Counted from the first letter of the stretch, positions 28,428 through 36,611 are shown. The stretch: DNA of 64,000 nucleotides from Candidatus Omnitrophota bacterium (GCA_018883425.1 VFQY01000001.1:432-64431); one strand, 5' to 3'. Translations and numbers: made by a program. The notes: generated by a model from the letters alone, not told the origin.

Positions 28428-29207
28428 TTAAACTTTAACGATATACGCCCTATCCGGAAATTTAGGAACAATCGGTTTTTCAGCTTTATCCAGAAAGAAT
28501 TCATCTACAGCCTTTCGGGCTCCGGGCCATGCGGGGTCATCGTATTCATCAAAAACCATCACCGCTCCAGGATTCATTCTCGGATAAAAAAACTCCAGGC
28601 AAATCTGATAGGATTCGTACAAATCACAATCGAGAAAGACAAAGGCAAACCGCTCACTCGGCAAATGCCGGAGCGATTCCTCAAAAAAACCGGGGATCAC
28701 CTGGACGTCCTTCTCCAAGCCGAAGGCCCTGAGTTTACTCCTCACAAGGGCGATCGAGGTATTGCCGAATCCGCCGATGCTTTTCCTTGAGGACTTCTCT
28801 CCGGATTGATCAATTGCACTCATCACTGAATCATCAAAACCCGCAAAAGAATCAAACGCATAAATTCTTTTTGAGGGCATGATTTTTTTTGCCTGATAGG
28901 CAATAGGTATCAAAGAAGCGCCCTGGTAAACTCCGCATTCGGCGGCTGCTCCAGGCACGTTTCCCACGCGCCTCAGTTTTTCTAGAATGTGCGCCATTCT
29001 CCCCGGTTGCCCTGAAGGAAAAGGGACGTCGATTCCGCAAAGCTCACCGAACCAGCAAGGCCAATCGTGAACATCCTGAACACCCAAACAACGCAGAATC
29101 AATCGGCCCGCCCGCCAAAAAAAAGGGGCGAGCCCTGATTTACGGTAAATATATCGAACCTTGGGAGGGTTCATCTGGGGGGCACTATCGGGTTTTAAAG
29201 AAATCAT
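28428..29207 (-). CDS. TylF/MycF/NovP-family SAM-dependent sugar O-methyltransferase
   Basis: ECGVYQGASL, DSFAGF, FLDCDLYESY and VFDEYDDPAWPG motifs characteristic of macrocin-O-methyltransferase-like enzymes. Confidence 0.75.
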   Translation of the reverse strand: MISLKPDSAPQMNPPKVRYIYRKSGLAPFFWRAGRLILRCLGVQDVHDWPCWFGELCGIDVPFPSGQPGRMAHILEKLRRVGNVPGAAAECGVYQGASLIPIAYQAKKIMPSKRIYAFDSFAGFDDSVMSAIDQSGEKSSRKSIGGFGNTSIALVRSKLRAFGLEKDVQVIPGFFEESLRHLPSERFAFVFLDCDLYESYQICLEFFYPRMNPGAVMVFDEYDDPAWPGARKAVDEFFLDKAEKPIVPKFPDRAYIVKV

Positions 29208-30315
29208 CTAGCACGGAGCAGACATATTCCTGATCCGTTCTGCTAAGCTCAGGGTAGATGGGGAGAGCTAAGGTTTCACGGCTCGCTTTCTCGCTTTCCG
29301 GAAAGTCTCCCTCGCGATAGCCCAGAAACGCAAAACACTCCTGTAGATGAAGGGGCCTAGGGTAATACACTTCGGTGCCCACGCCGCGTTCGGCCAGATA
29401 GGCCATAAGATCATCGCGCCGCTGAACCCGAATCACATACTGGTTGTAAACATGCCTGCCGGCTTTCTTCCTCGGCGGGATAACGCGCCCAGAATCAGCC
29501 AGACCGCTCTGCTTGAAAAATTGGTCGTAGAACGCTGCATTGCTTTGACGCTGCCGGGTCCAGGCGTCTAAATATTTCAGTTTCACAATCAAAACGGCCG
29601 CTTGCAGCGCATCAAGCCTGAAGTTGCCGCCGACGGTTTTATAGTAATACTTTTTTTCGGATCCGTGATTGCGCAGAACTTTGATTTTCTTGATGATCGA
29701 TTCATCATGACTCACGACCATTCCGCCGTCACCGAAGCAGCCCAAATTCTTTGAAGGAAAAAACGACAAGCATCCATAGAGCCCCATCGATCCGGCGCGG
29801 CGCCCTTCATCCTCAGCTCCAATAGCCTGAGCAGCGTCTTCGATCACAGAAATTTTGAAGCGTTCGGCCAACTCCAGCACAGGATCCATGTCCGCGGTCT
29901 GCCCGTAAAGATGAACGGGCATCAGCGCCTTGGTTTTCGGGGTGATCCGGCTCTCGAGCTGCAAAGTATTCCAATTGTAGGTTTCCGGATCAATGTCGGC
30001 AAAAACCGGTCTTGCCCCTAAACGCACAATGGATCCTGCAGTCGCAAAAAACGTGTAGGGCGTGGTCAAGACTTCATCCCCGGGACCGATCCCTTCACTC
30101 ATGAGCGCCGCCAGCAGAGCATCGGTTCCCGATGACACTCCGCATCCGTAAGCCACGCCGCAATAGCGCGCTAAAGCGGATTCACACTCCTCAACACGAG
30201 CACCGAGAATGAATTGCTGCTGCTCAAAAAGCTCTGCCATCACCCGGTCGATCTCGGGTTTGATGGTTTGGTATTGAGCCTTGAGATCTAGAAGAGGAAC
30301 CTTCATTAAATTCAC
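29185..30315 (-). CDS. DegT/DnrJ/EryC1-family PLP-dependent sugar aminotransferase (second copy, WecE/PseC-like)
   Basis: LLDLKAQYQ, GVSSGTDAL, and FFPSKNLGCFGDGG lysine region. Confidence 0.85.
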   Translation of the reverse strand: MNLMKVPLLDLKAQYQTIKPEIDRVMAELFEQQQFILGARVEECESALARYCGVAYGCGVSSGTDALLAALMSEGIGPGDEVLTTPYTFFATAGSIVRLGARPVFADIDPETYNWNTLQLESRITPKTKALMPVHLYGQTADMDPVLELAERFKISVIEDAAQAIGAEDEGRRAGSMGLYGCLSFFPSKNLGCFGDGGMVVSHDESIIKKIKVLRNHGSEKKYYYKTVGGNFRLDALQAAVLIVKLKYLDAWTRQRQSNAAFYDQFFKQSGLADSGRVIPPRKKAGRHVYNQYVIRVQRRDDLMAYLAERGVGTEVYYPRPLHLQECFAFLGYREGDFPESEKASRETLALPIYPELSRTDQEYVCSVLDDFFKTR

Positions 30316-30424
30316 TCAGTTTGAAAGGTTAGCGGTTTAATAGGAGCGGCTATTCTACTCGGAAACTGCGGGAAAGTCTTGCGGAGGAATGTTACGGCTG
30401 GTAATCCGTTCAACCCAGTCTGCT

Positions 30425-30682
30425 TTACTGATTCATCCGGTTCATGAGCCAGGCATCCAGGACATCTTTCTTAAAACGCCATTGTCCGCCGATTTTCGTA
30501 GCGGGAATCTCCTGCTTCTTGAGAAGACGGTAGATGGTCACGAGGTGAAACCCGAGATATTTCGCAGCTTCCTTAGGCGTCATGATCTGGGTGCGCTGCC
30601 GCTGCTGCTGAGGCTGCTGTGAATCAGATTTATTCGTTTCCATAGTCTCTCGCCTGTTTAGAGTGGCTGGTTTTTTCCCCAA
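30425..30682 (-). CDS. Small HTH DNA-binding protein, excisionase-family (HTH_17). Copy B, first gene of the HTH-DegT-TylF sub-operon
   Basis: 50-aa core identical to copy A (TQIMTPKEAAKYLGFHLVTIYRLLKKQEIPATKIGGQWRFKKDVLDAWLM); distinct Gln-rich N-terminus. Confidence 0.75.
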   Translation of the reverse strand: MGKKPATLNRRETMETNKSDSQQPQQQRQRTQIMTPKEAAKYLGFHLVTIYRLLKKQEIPATKIGGQWRFKKDVLDAWLMNRMNQ

Positions 30683-30702
30683 GTCGACAGCAAATGAGGG
30701 AA

Positions 30703-30731
30703 ATCCTAGGCTTTTGACTATATCTTGTCAA
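30703..30731 (-). promoter_or_regulatory. Putative sigma70 promoter of HTH copy B (minus strand TTGACA-N17-TAGGAT). The -35 is part of inverted repeat TTGAC-N8-GTCAA (30714-30731)
   Basis: Read on the minus strand. The shared TATTTATTTTTA motif lies at about 30738-30750, just upstream. Confidence 0.4.
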
Positions 30732-30793
30732 GAATTGTTATTTATTTTTAGTCCGGAGCTCTTTTTAGTTGAATCCTGCAGAAATTTCCAATG

Positions 30794-31360
30794 CTAGACC
30801 TTGGAGGGGAATTCCCCCGCCAGAACATCTTGAACCGAAAAAATAGGTGAATAATTGTATCCTGCTAAAACCTGATCGGCGCCTTCGGCCCGATCCACAA
30901 GACACACAACCTTCACAACCTTAGCTTTGAGCTTTTCAACTTCGTGAATGGCCTTAAGAACAGACCCGCCCGTCGTGATCACATCCTCAACCATGACCAC
31001 CCGATCCCCCTCTTCAATCGCCGGCCCTTCAATCATCCTCTGCATGCCGTGATCCTTCGACTCTTTTCGGACAATAAAAGCTTTGAGGGGGTGACCGGAC
31101 TGCGAGCTGAGAAGGGAAACCGCCGCAGCAATCGGATCGGCGCCGAGCGTCGGACCGCCTACCGCAGAAGCGCCTGTTCCGTGCAGCATATTCAAAATAA
31201 CTTTCCCAGTGAGAAAGAGACCCTGGGGATCGAGCGTTACTTGCTTGCCGTCGATGTAAAAATTCGAGGTTTTTCCCGAAGCAAGAGTCCGGCTGCCTTT
31301 CATCAAGGCTTTCTGTTTCAAGAGGGCAAGCAGTTCTTCTTTCAACTTAGCTTCATCCAT
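30794..31360 (-). CDS. pyrE: Orotate phosphoribosyltransferase
   Basis: PRPP-binding motif VVMVEDVITTGGS. Start at MDEAKLKEELL (RBS AAGGAGACG) rather than the track start, which reads through the G/C repeat as MPPPARAR. Confidence 0.8.
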   Translation of the reverse strand: MDEAKLKEELLALLKQKALMKGSRTLASGKTSNFYIDGKQVTLDPQGLFLTGKVILNMLHGTGASAVGGPTLGADPIAAAVSLLSSQSGHPLKAFIVRKESKDHGMQRMIEGPAIEEGDRVVMVEDVITTGGSVLKAIHEVEKLKAKVVKVVCLVDRAEGADQVLAGYNYSPIFSVQDVLAGEFPSKV

Positions 31361-31427
31361 AGAGCATCGTCTCCTTAAGTGAGATTCCCATGATACGTTC
31401 AAGCGATTCAAATTGCAATGATCAGGC

Positions 31428-31452
31428 CCGCGCGCGCGCGCGGGGGGGGGCA
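31428..31452. repeat. Simple-sequence repeat: (CG)7 followed directly by a G9 homopolymer, in the pyrE/trmJ intergenic region
   Basis: Sequence cccgcgcgcgcgcgcgggggggggc read directly; coordinates plus or minus 1. Confidence 0.6.
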
Positions 31453-32172
31453 TCAGGAATTTTTGGGATATTTCTGAACGGCCCTTTCGACGATACGGCG
31501 CGACAAGCCTTTAATCATTTCCCCTTCACTCCTAAGAAGGCCCTGGCGCTTGAGAAGCGCGCGAAAAGTCGAATCAATTCTCCGGGCAATTGCGGGTTTG
31601 TATTCAAGAGACTCCACCGCCCTCATGAAGCTGGCCATCACAGACTCAAATTCCTCTTTTGAAACCTGATCCCACTTTTCATACCCCTCAGCTTTGACCG
31701 TCCCTTGAAAGAGCGAGAAACAGACAATCATCACGGCCTGCGCCAGGTTAATCGAGGGATATTCGTCACCTGTGGGAATCGTGGTAAACCAGTCACAGAC
31801 ATGAAGGTCTTCGTTCGAAAGCCCCTTGGATTCCTTCCCGAAAATGATCGCTGCTGTTTTTTCGCGGCTGACGTCACGAAGTTTCCGAACCGCTGCATGG
31901 TATTCCAGGAACGCCCGCCGCCGTCCGCCCTGGCGGCGCGTTGTCCCTATAACCCAAACCGTGTCGCGGACGGCTGACTTCAAATCGTCATAGATTTTGG
32001 CCTGGTCTAAAAAGGGATCTGCTCCCACCGCCAGTTTGCGGGCTTTCTCACGCCAGCCTCCCGGCGGCTTTACAAGCCTGAGATCGTTCAAACCCATATT
32101 TTTCATGGCTCGGGCGACAGCCCCGATATTGTCGGGAATTTCAGGTTCGACGAGAACAATCGCGACAGACAA
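31453..32172 (-). CDS. trmJ: SpoU/TrmH-class RNA 2'-O-methyltransferase, TrmJ-like
   Basis: IVLVEPEIPDNIGAVARAMKNMGL, IFGKESKGLSNEDL, SINLAQAVMIV. Confidence 0.7.
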   Translation of the reverse strand: MSVAIVLVEPEIPDNIGAVARAMKNMGLNDLRLVKPPGGWREKARKLAVGADPFLDQAKIYDDLKSAVRDTVWVIGTTRRQGGRRRAFLEYHAAVRKLRDVSREKTAAIIFGKESKGLSNEDLHVCDWFTTIPTGDEYPSINLAQAVMIVCFSLFQGTVKAEGYEKWDQVSKEEFESVMASFMRAVESLEYKPAIARRIDSTFRALLKRQGLLRSEGEMIKGLSRRIVERAVQKYPKNS

Positions 32173-32196
32173 GGTACTCTCCTTTTAAGTTACTGC

Positions 32197-33018
32197 TTGA
32201 ATCCTCTGGAGCGCATCCCTCATAATCTTCTTATGAGTTCAAAAATCCCTTGGGTGATTGGTCACCGGGGCGCCTCAGCCCTGCTTCCCGAAAACACACT
32301 GGAATCCTTCCGCCTGGCTTTCGGTGAGCATGCGGCGGACATGATCGAATTTGATGTCCATCTTTCAGCCGACGGCGTCCCTGTCGTCATTCATGATGAG
32401 ACCCTTGAAAGGACTACCGACGGACAAGGTCCTGTCGTAGACCGGACACTTGCGGAACTTCAAAAGTTCGACGCAGGATTCCGGTTCGACCCCGGGGGCC
32501 TGGCTTCCTTTCCTTGCCGCGGCAAGGGGATCAGAATTCCATCGCTGGAAGAAGTCCTCCGAGAGTTTCAAGGCCGCCGCCTAGCCGTGGAAATCAAGGC
32601 AACGGACCCATCTCTCGTTGCTAAGGTGCTTCAGCTGATCAAAACATACGGCGCCGAAAAAAACTGCATTGTCGGTTCCCTGGAGGATACGGTTTTTCAA
32701 AATATCCTGCGGGCTGATGCACCGACCCGCGTGTTCACTTCAAAAAAAGCTGTTTTCCGCCTGCTCGCCGAATCCTTTTTTCATCCTTTGAACCCCCGAA
32801 AAACACCCAAGCTCGTTGCTTCGCTCCCGGCCGAAAGCCGTTTCCCGGATCTGAAGAAAAAAAATTGGATCGATTGGCTTCACCGCAAGGACATTGAGGT
32901 CTATTATTGGACCGTGAATGACCCGGAAAAAATGCGTCTGCTGGCAGACAGAAAAGCCGACGGCATCATGTCCGACAATCCCGGGCTTATCCGCAAAAGC
33001 CTTCTCCAGGCTTCCTGA
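32197..33018 (+). CDS. Glycerophosphodiester phosphodiesterase (GDPD/UgpQ family)
   Basis: IGHRGASALLPENTLESF, EFDVHLSADGVPVVIHDETLERTTDG. Confidence 0.8.
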   Translation: MNPLERIPHNLLMSSKIPWVIGHRGASALLPENTLESFRLAFGEHAADMIEFDVHLSADGVPVVIHDETLERTTDGQGPVVDRTLAELQKFDAGFRFDPGGLASFPCRGKGIRIPSLEEVLREFQGRRLAVEIKATDPSLVAKVLQLIKTYGAEKNCIVGSLEDTVFQNILRADAPTRVFTSKKAVFRLLAESFFHPLNPRKTPKLVASLPAESRFPDLKKKNWIDWLHRKDIEVYYWTVNDPEKMRLLADRKADGIMSDNPGLIRKSLLQAS

Positions 33019-33364
33019 ACTGCTCCCTTAAGCGCAGAAACCGGGCTTCATAAATCATGCGGTAGGTTTCCATCTTATCAGGAAAGAACCCTGCGGCTTT
33101 CTCCCTCAGCTTGTCCTGCGCAATCTGAATATCGACATCCTCAAACCGGTCGTCAAGAATCATGCGGCAGATCTCTTCCGCATCGCTTTGAATTTCGAGG
33201 GCTTTGACACGTTCATCTTCACTTTCAAAAAACCGCAGGAAATCCTCAACCGTTTCTAACCCGAGAACATCCAGCTCACGCCCGCAAACACATCGTATTT
33301 TACGGTCCCCCTCGAACTCCGTCACATCATGCTTGCGGCCGCAGCCGGGACATTGAACGGGCAT
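32987..33364 (-). CDS. Hypothetical zinc-ribbon protein
   Basis: CPGCGRKH...CVCGRE four-Cys ribbon at the N-terminus; no other recognisable domain. Confidence 0.4.
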   Translation of the reverse strand: MPVQCPGCGRKHDVTEFEGDRKIRCVCGRELDVLGLETVEDFLRFFESEDERVKALEIQSDAEEICRMILDDRFEDVDIQIAQDKLREKAAGFFPDKMETYRMIYEARFLRLREQFRKPGEGFCG

Positions 33365-33379
33365 AAGATCTGCCTCTTC

Positions 33380-33754
33380 TTAGGCGCGGCTTTCGCTGAT
33401 TTGCCAGGGATAATCGCTTAGACCCATAGCATCGGTCAGCGGAGAGAGATCGGCGCTAAAGGGCTGCACAAAAGGCGTCAGCACGATGTCATAGACTGCT
33501 GAAATGGCCCTTGTAAAAATATTCGTCACGGTTCTGGGAACGGCCGTAACAGGCCAAAGGCGGGGGTGAATCGCGGACTCCTCTGCGGGTGTGCGTACAA
33601 GCTCCGCGGGCATGCCCAAAACATTCAAAAAACCTCTAGCCTCCGCTTGCGCCATGCGGTCGAAAACTCCGGCCTCGCTGCGGCCCGTGTCGTAGGCGAA
33701 GGCCGGAAAAATTGGAAGAAGAACACAAAGAAAAAAAAGGCTCACTTTTTTCAT
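33380..33754 (-). CDS. Hypothetical secreted protein (signal peptide)
   Basis: MKKVSLFFLCVLLPIFPAFA signal peptide; 4-bp overlap with rsmB. Confidence 0.4.
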   Translation of the reverse strand: MKKVSLFFLCVLLPIFPAFAYDTGRSEAGVFDRMAQAEARGFLNVLGMPAELVRTPAEESAIHPRLWPVTAVPRTVTNIFTRAISAVYDIVLTPFVQPFSADLSPLTDAMGLSDYPWQISESRA

Positions 33755-35106
33755 ATGCTTGATGTCTCCATGTCTGTAGTTGCTTCTATCTTTTCGGCTG
33801 CAGCTGCAAAAAATCCATCGTTTTCATCGGAAGGCCAGAGTCTGGAACCCCAGGCTGAGACAGTCCCAAATCCGCTCAGAGGGATCAGGCGGAAGTCTTT
33901 ACGGTTCGAAAAAACCTTCTCGATCACGGCTTCATTTTCTTCTTTCTCCAGCGAACACGTCACATAGAAAACACGGCCGCCCTTACGCAATCTCGGGAGA
34001 ACCCCTTCGAGTATTTTAACCTGCTCACTTTGCTGCCTCAAAAAAAGATCCTCGGTGAGTTTCCACTTTGCGTCGGGATTGCGCCTCAACGTTCCGGTTC
34101 CCGAGCACGGCGCATCCACGAGAATACAGTCAAAGCCTTGACGGGCTGAGCGGATTTCATCCATGCGGTTCAGGTCCGCAGGAAAAACATTGAAAAGCCC
34201 CGCCCGCTTAGCCCTTTTTTTAAGATCCTGAAGCTTCTGAGGGCGGATATCGGTTGCCACAATACGTCCTTTATTCTCAAGGATCGCCCCCATCAGCAGA
34301 CTTTTACCGCCGCCCCCCGCGCAGGCATCCCAAACAAGCTGACCGGGCTTGAGACCCAAAACCTCGCAAACCTTTTGACTGCCGGCATCCTGCACTTCAA
34401 AAAGTCCCTGTTTAAATTCCTCGAGATCAAAAACAGCCGCTCTCTCCTCAAAGACAATAGCCCAGGGAGTCAGGCCGCAAGTGCGCACAGAAAATCCCGC
34501 CTTTTTAAACTTCTGCATCAGGTCATGGCGGCTGATTTTAACGGGGTTGACCCGTACGGTGAGCGGCGGCCGTTTTTCGTAAATTTCCAGCAAGGGACGC
34601 ACGCGCCCGGATCCGAAATCCCGGAGCCAGCGGGCGACCATCCACTCGGGAAAAGAAAATCTCAAGGCCAGAGCCGGAGATCCTGAAGCCGGCTCCAGGA
34701 CTGGAAACTTGAAGGCCAGAAACGATGCGCATTTTTTAGAAACGAAAGCCGTTTGCTTTTCATTCAGCGGAGAAGCCTCCGCCCATTGCGCGCCGGTAAT
34801 CTGGCCGTCGAGGAGCGCCCCGAGACTGGCCCACAGCAGAGCGTCATGGGGTCCGCCCAGAAAGTCGGCCCATGCCGCAATGTAACTGCGGTGACGAAAA
34901 AGCGAGTAAATGGTTTGCGATAAAAATCTGCGGTCCTGAGAACCCAGCTTTTTTCTGTTCCTAAAAAAATAGTTTCCAAGCCATCGGTCCGCCGGCGCCG
35001 ATGCGATCCGGATTTCCTCCCAAAGGGAGGCCGCATGACAGAGCCGGGCATGCTGTCTTCTCGAGGACACAGGATCGCTTCCCTCGGCGCGCAGCGGAGT
35101 GCTCAA
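33751..35106 (-). CDS. rsmB: 16S rRNA (cytosine-C5)-methyltransferase RsmB/Sun family
   Basis: NusB-like N-terminus; DACAGGGGKS SAM motif; DAPCSGTGTLRRNPD catalytic motif. Confidence 0.85.
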   Translation of the reverse strand: MSTPLRAEGSDPVSSRRQHARLCHAASLWEEIRIASAPADRWLGNYFFRNRKKLGSQDRRFLSQTIYSLFRHRSYIAAWADFLGGPHDALLWASLGALLDGQITGAQWAEASPLNEKQTAFVSKKCASFLAFKFPVLEPASGSPALALRFSFPEWMVARWLRDFGSGRVRPLLEIYEKRPPLTVRVNPVKISRHDLMQKFKKAGFSVRTCGLTPWAIVFEERAAVFDLEEFKQGLFEVQDAGSQKVCEVLGLKPGQLVWDACAGGGGKSLLMGAILENKGRIVATDIRPQKLQDLKKRAKRAGLFNVFPADLNRMDEIRSARQGFDCILVDAPCSGTGTLRRNPDAKWKLTEDLFLRQQSEQVKILEGVLPRLRKGGRVFYVTCSLEKEENEAVIEKVFSNRKDFRLIPLSGFGTVSAWGSRLWPSDENDGFFAAAAEKIEATTDMETSSI

Positions 35107-36248
35107 GCTCCGCCTCCCCGAGCTGCTTCATCGCCCTGCGGAAACTCGGCAAAGGGCTCCCTCGGCGCAAGCTGCTCAATGCGGGCGAACAAACTGCGGA
35201 ACCCGAGCTTCTCCTTGGCTGAAATAAGAATCCCTGCCGGCCACTCTCCCTGAATCCGGTCCTGAGCTTCACGGGTCATAAGATCGGCTTTGTTAAGGGC
35301 GAGAATGACGGGTTTAGAACCCGCCCCGATTTCTCCGAGAACTTTCTCAACGGCCGCCTTCGTGTCCTGAGGACTCGGAGCGGATGCATCCAAGACATGG
35401 ACAAGAACATCAGCTTCGGAAACTTCTTCAAGCGTCGCATGGAAGGCGCGAATGAGCCCGTGAGGAAGATCGCGCAGAAAGCCGACAGTGTCCACAAAAA
35501 GAAGATCCTTTCTGCCGCTCATTTTGGGAGCGCGGGTCGTGGTGTCGAGCGTCGCAAAAAGCTTGTCTTCCACATACGTCGAGGCTCCGGTCAAAGCATT
35601 CAGCAAGGTCGATTTGCCCGCATTGGTATAGCCCACAAGAGCGACCGTCGTCAAACGCCTCCGCCGGCGTCCAGCCCTGAGAAGTTCGCGGTGCTTCTTA
35701 ACCTTCTTGAGCTCTTCTTTAACGCTTTGAATCCGTTTACGAAATTTGCGGCGATCCGTCTCAAGTTCCGTTTCTCCAGGGCCCCTCGTTCCGATACCGC
35801 CTCCGAGACGCGAAAAAACGACTCCTAAACCGCCTAATCTTGGGAGCATGTATTCCAGCCGCGCGAGCTCTACCTGAAGCTTACCTTCACTGGTCTTCGC
35901 GCGGCGGCCGAAGATGTCGAGGATCAGTCCCGTTCTATCGACGGCGGGAATCTTGGTAAACTTCTCGATGTTGCGAACCTGCGCAGGCGTCAAATCGACG
36001 TTAAAAAAAAGAGTATTCGCTCCCGCTGCTTTAGCTTGCTGACGAATTTCCTCGAGTTTACCTTCTCTGAGAAAATGGCTTGGGCTAGGGTGCGGCAGAT
36101 GGGCTTGGGTCACTCCCGTCACCTCGACGAGACAGGATCGGGTAAGCTCCATCATCTCCTGCGTGCTCTCCTCAAGAAATGATTTCGATCGCTGCCAGGT
36201 CTGGAGAATTACGAGGTACGCTCTGCTGCGCCCTTTTTGATAGATCAC
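35103..36248 (-). CDS. hflX: GTPase HflX
   Basis: G1 VALVGYTNAGKSTLLNALTG; DTVGF. HflX N-terminal domain. Track ORF extends to 36389 across yciH; GTG at 36248 is more plausible. Confidence 0.85.
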   Translation of the reverse strand: MIYQKGRSRAYLVILQTWQRSKSFLEESTQEMMELTRSCLVEVTGVTQAHLPHPSPSHFLREGKLEEIRQQAKAAGANTLFFNVDLTPAQVRNIEKFTKIPAVDRTGLILDIFGRRAKTSEGKLQVELARLEYMLPRLGGLGVVFSRLGGGIGTRGPGETELETDRRKFRKRIQSVKEELKKVKKHRELLRAGRRRRRLTTVALVGYTNAGKSTLLNALTGASTYVEDKLFATLDTTTRAPKMSGRKDLLFVDTVGFLRDLPHGLIRAFHATLEEVSEADVLVHVLDASAPSPQDTKAAVEKVLGEIGAGSKPVILALNKADLMTREAQDRIQGEWPAGILISAKEKLGFRSLFARIEQLAPREPFAEFPQGDEAARGGGA

Positions 36249-36252
36249 GCTT

Positions 36253-36611
36253 TTATCCTTTGCAGACAATTCCCTGGGACGCCAAAATTTTTCGAATATT
36301 CTCTCTTTTGTCTCCCTGGATCTCGATGAAACCGAACTTGTCCCCGTAGCCGAAAGTTCCTCCGGCGCCGCAGCGGTTCTTGAGTTCACGCGAGAGTTTC
36401 AGCAAGAGGGATTCCGCCCTAGGAAAACCGTCAATCACCGTGACTATCTTTCCGCCCCGCCCGGATTTCTCAAGCCGCAGACTAACGCGCAGGGACGTTC
36501 AGCAGATTCCTCCGGCCGGCACACACAGGATTCCTTCAGTTCACGGCATTGGGGACATTTTTTATTTTTTTCCGGATCCGTGGAATACACCAGACGGGAC
36601 TCGCTCACGCG
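36253..36611 (-). pseudogene. yciH: Translation initiation factor SUI1/YciH family with apparent -1 frameshift at a CCC run (plus coords about 36492-36494). Pseudogene, sequencing error or programmed shift
   Basis: N-terminal part (SRLVYSTDPEKNKKCPQCRELKESCVCRPEESAERP) is in one frame. C-terminal part (LRVSLRLEKSGRGGKIVTVIDGF...CGAGGTFGYGDKFGFIEIQGDKRENIRKILASQG) is in the adjacent frame. Inserting one C restores ...ESAERPLRVSLRLEKSG..., which matches the family alignment. Confidence 0.6.

Noticed and set aside
27317-30682. Possibility that the excisionase-family HTH genes mark a prophage or integrative element
   Set aside because: No integrase, recombinase, transposase, att-like direct repeats or tRNA gene in or near the region. 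Surrounding genes are all glycan biosynthesis; interpreted as regulators instead.
31428-31452. GC repeat considered as a CRISPR or other array
   Set aside because: Single simple-sequence tract, with no spacer-repeat periodicity anywhere in the window. No cas genes.
35103-36389. Track ORF for hflX extending 140 bp over the yciH reading frames
   Set aside because: The N-terminal 47 aa have no HflX similarity and overlap the SUI1 coding region. A GTG start at 36248, just after the yciH stop, is more plausible.
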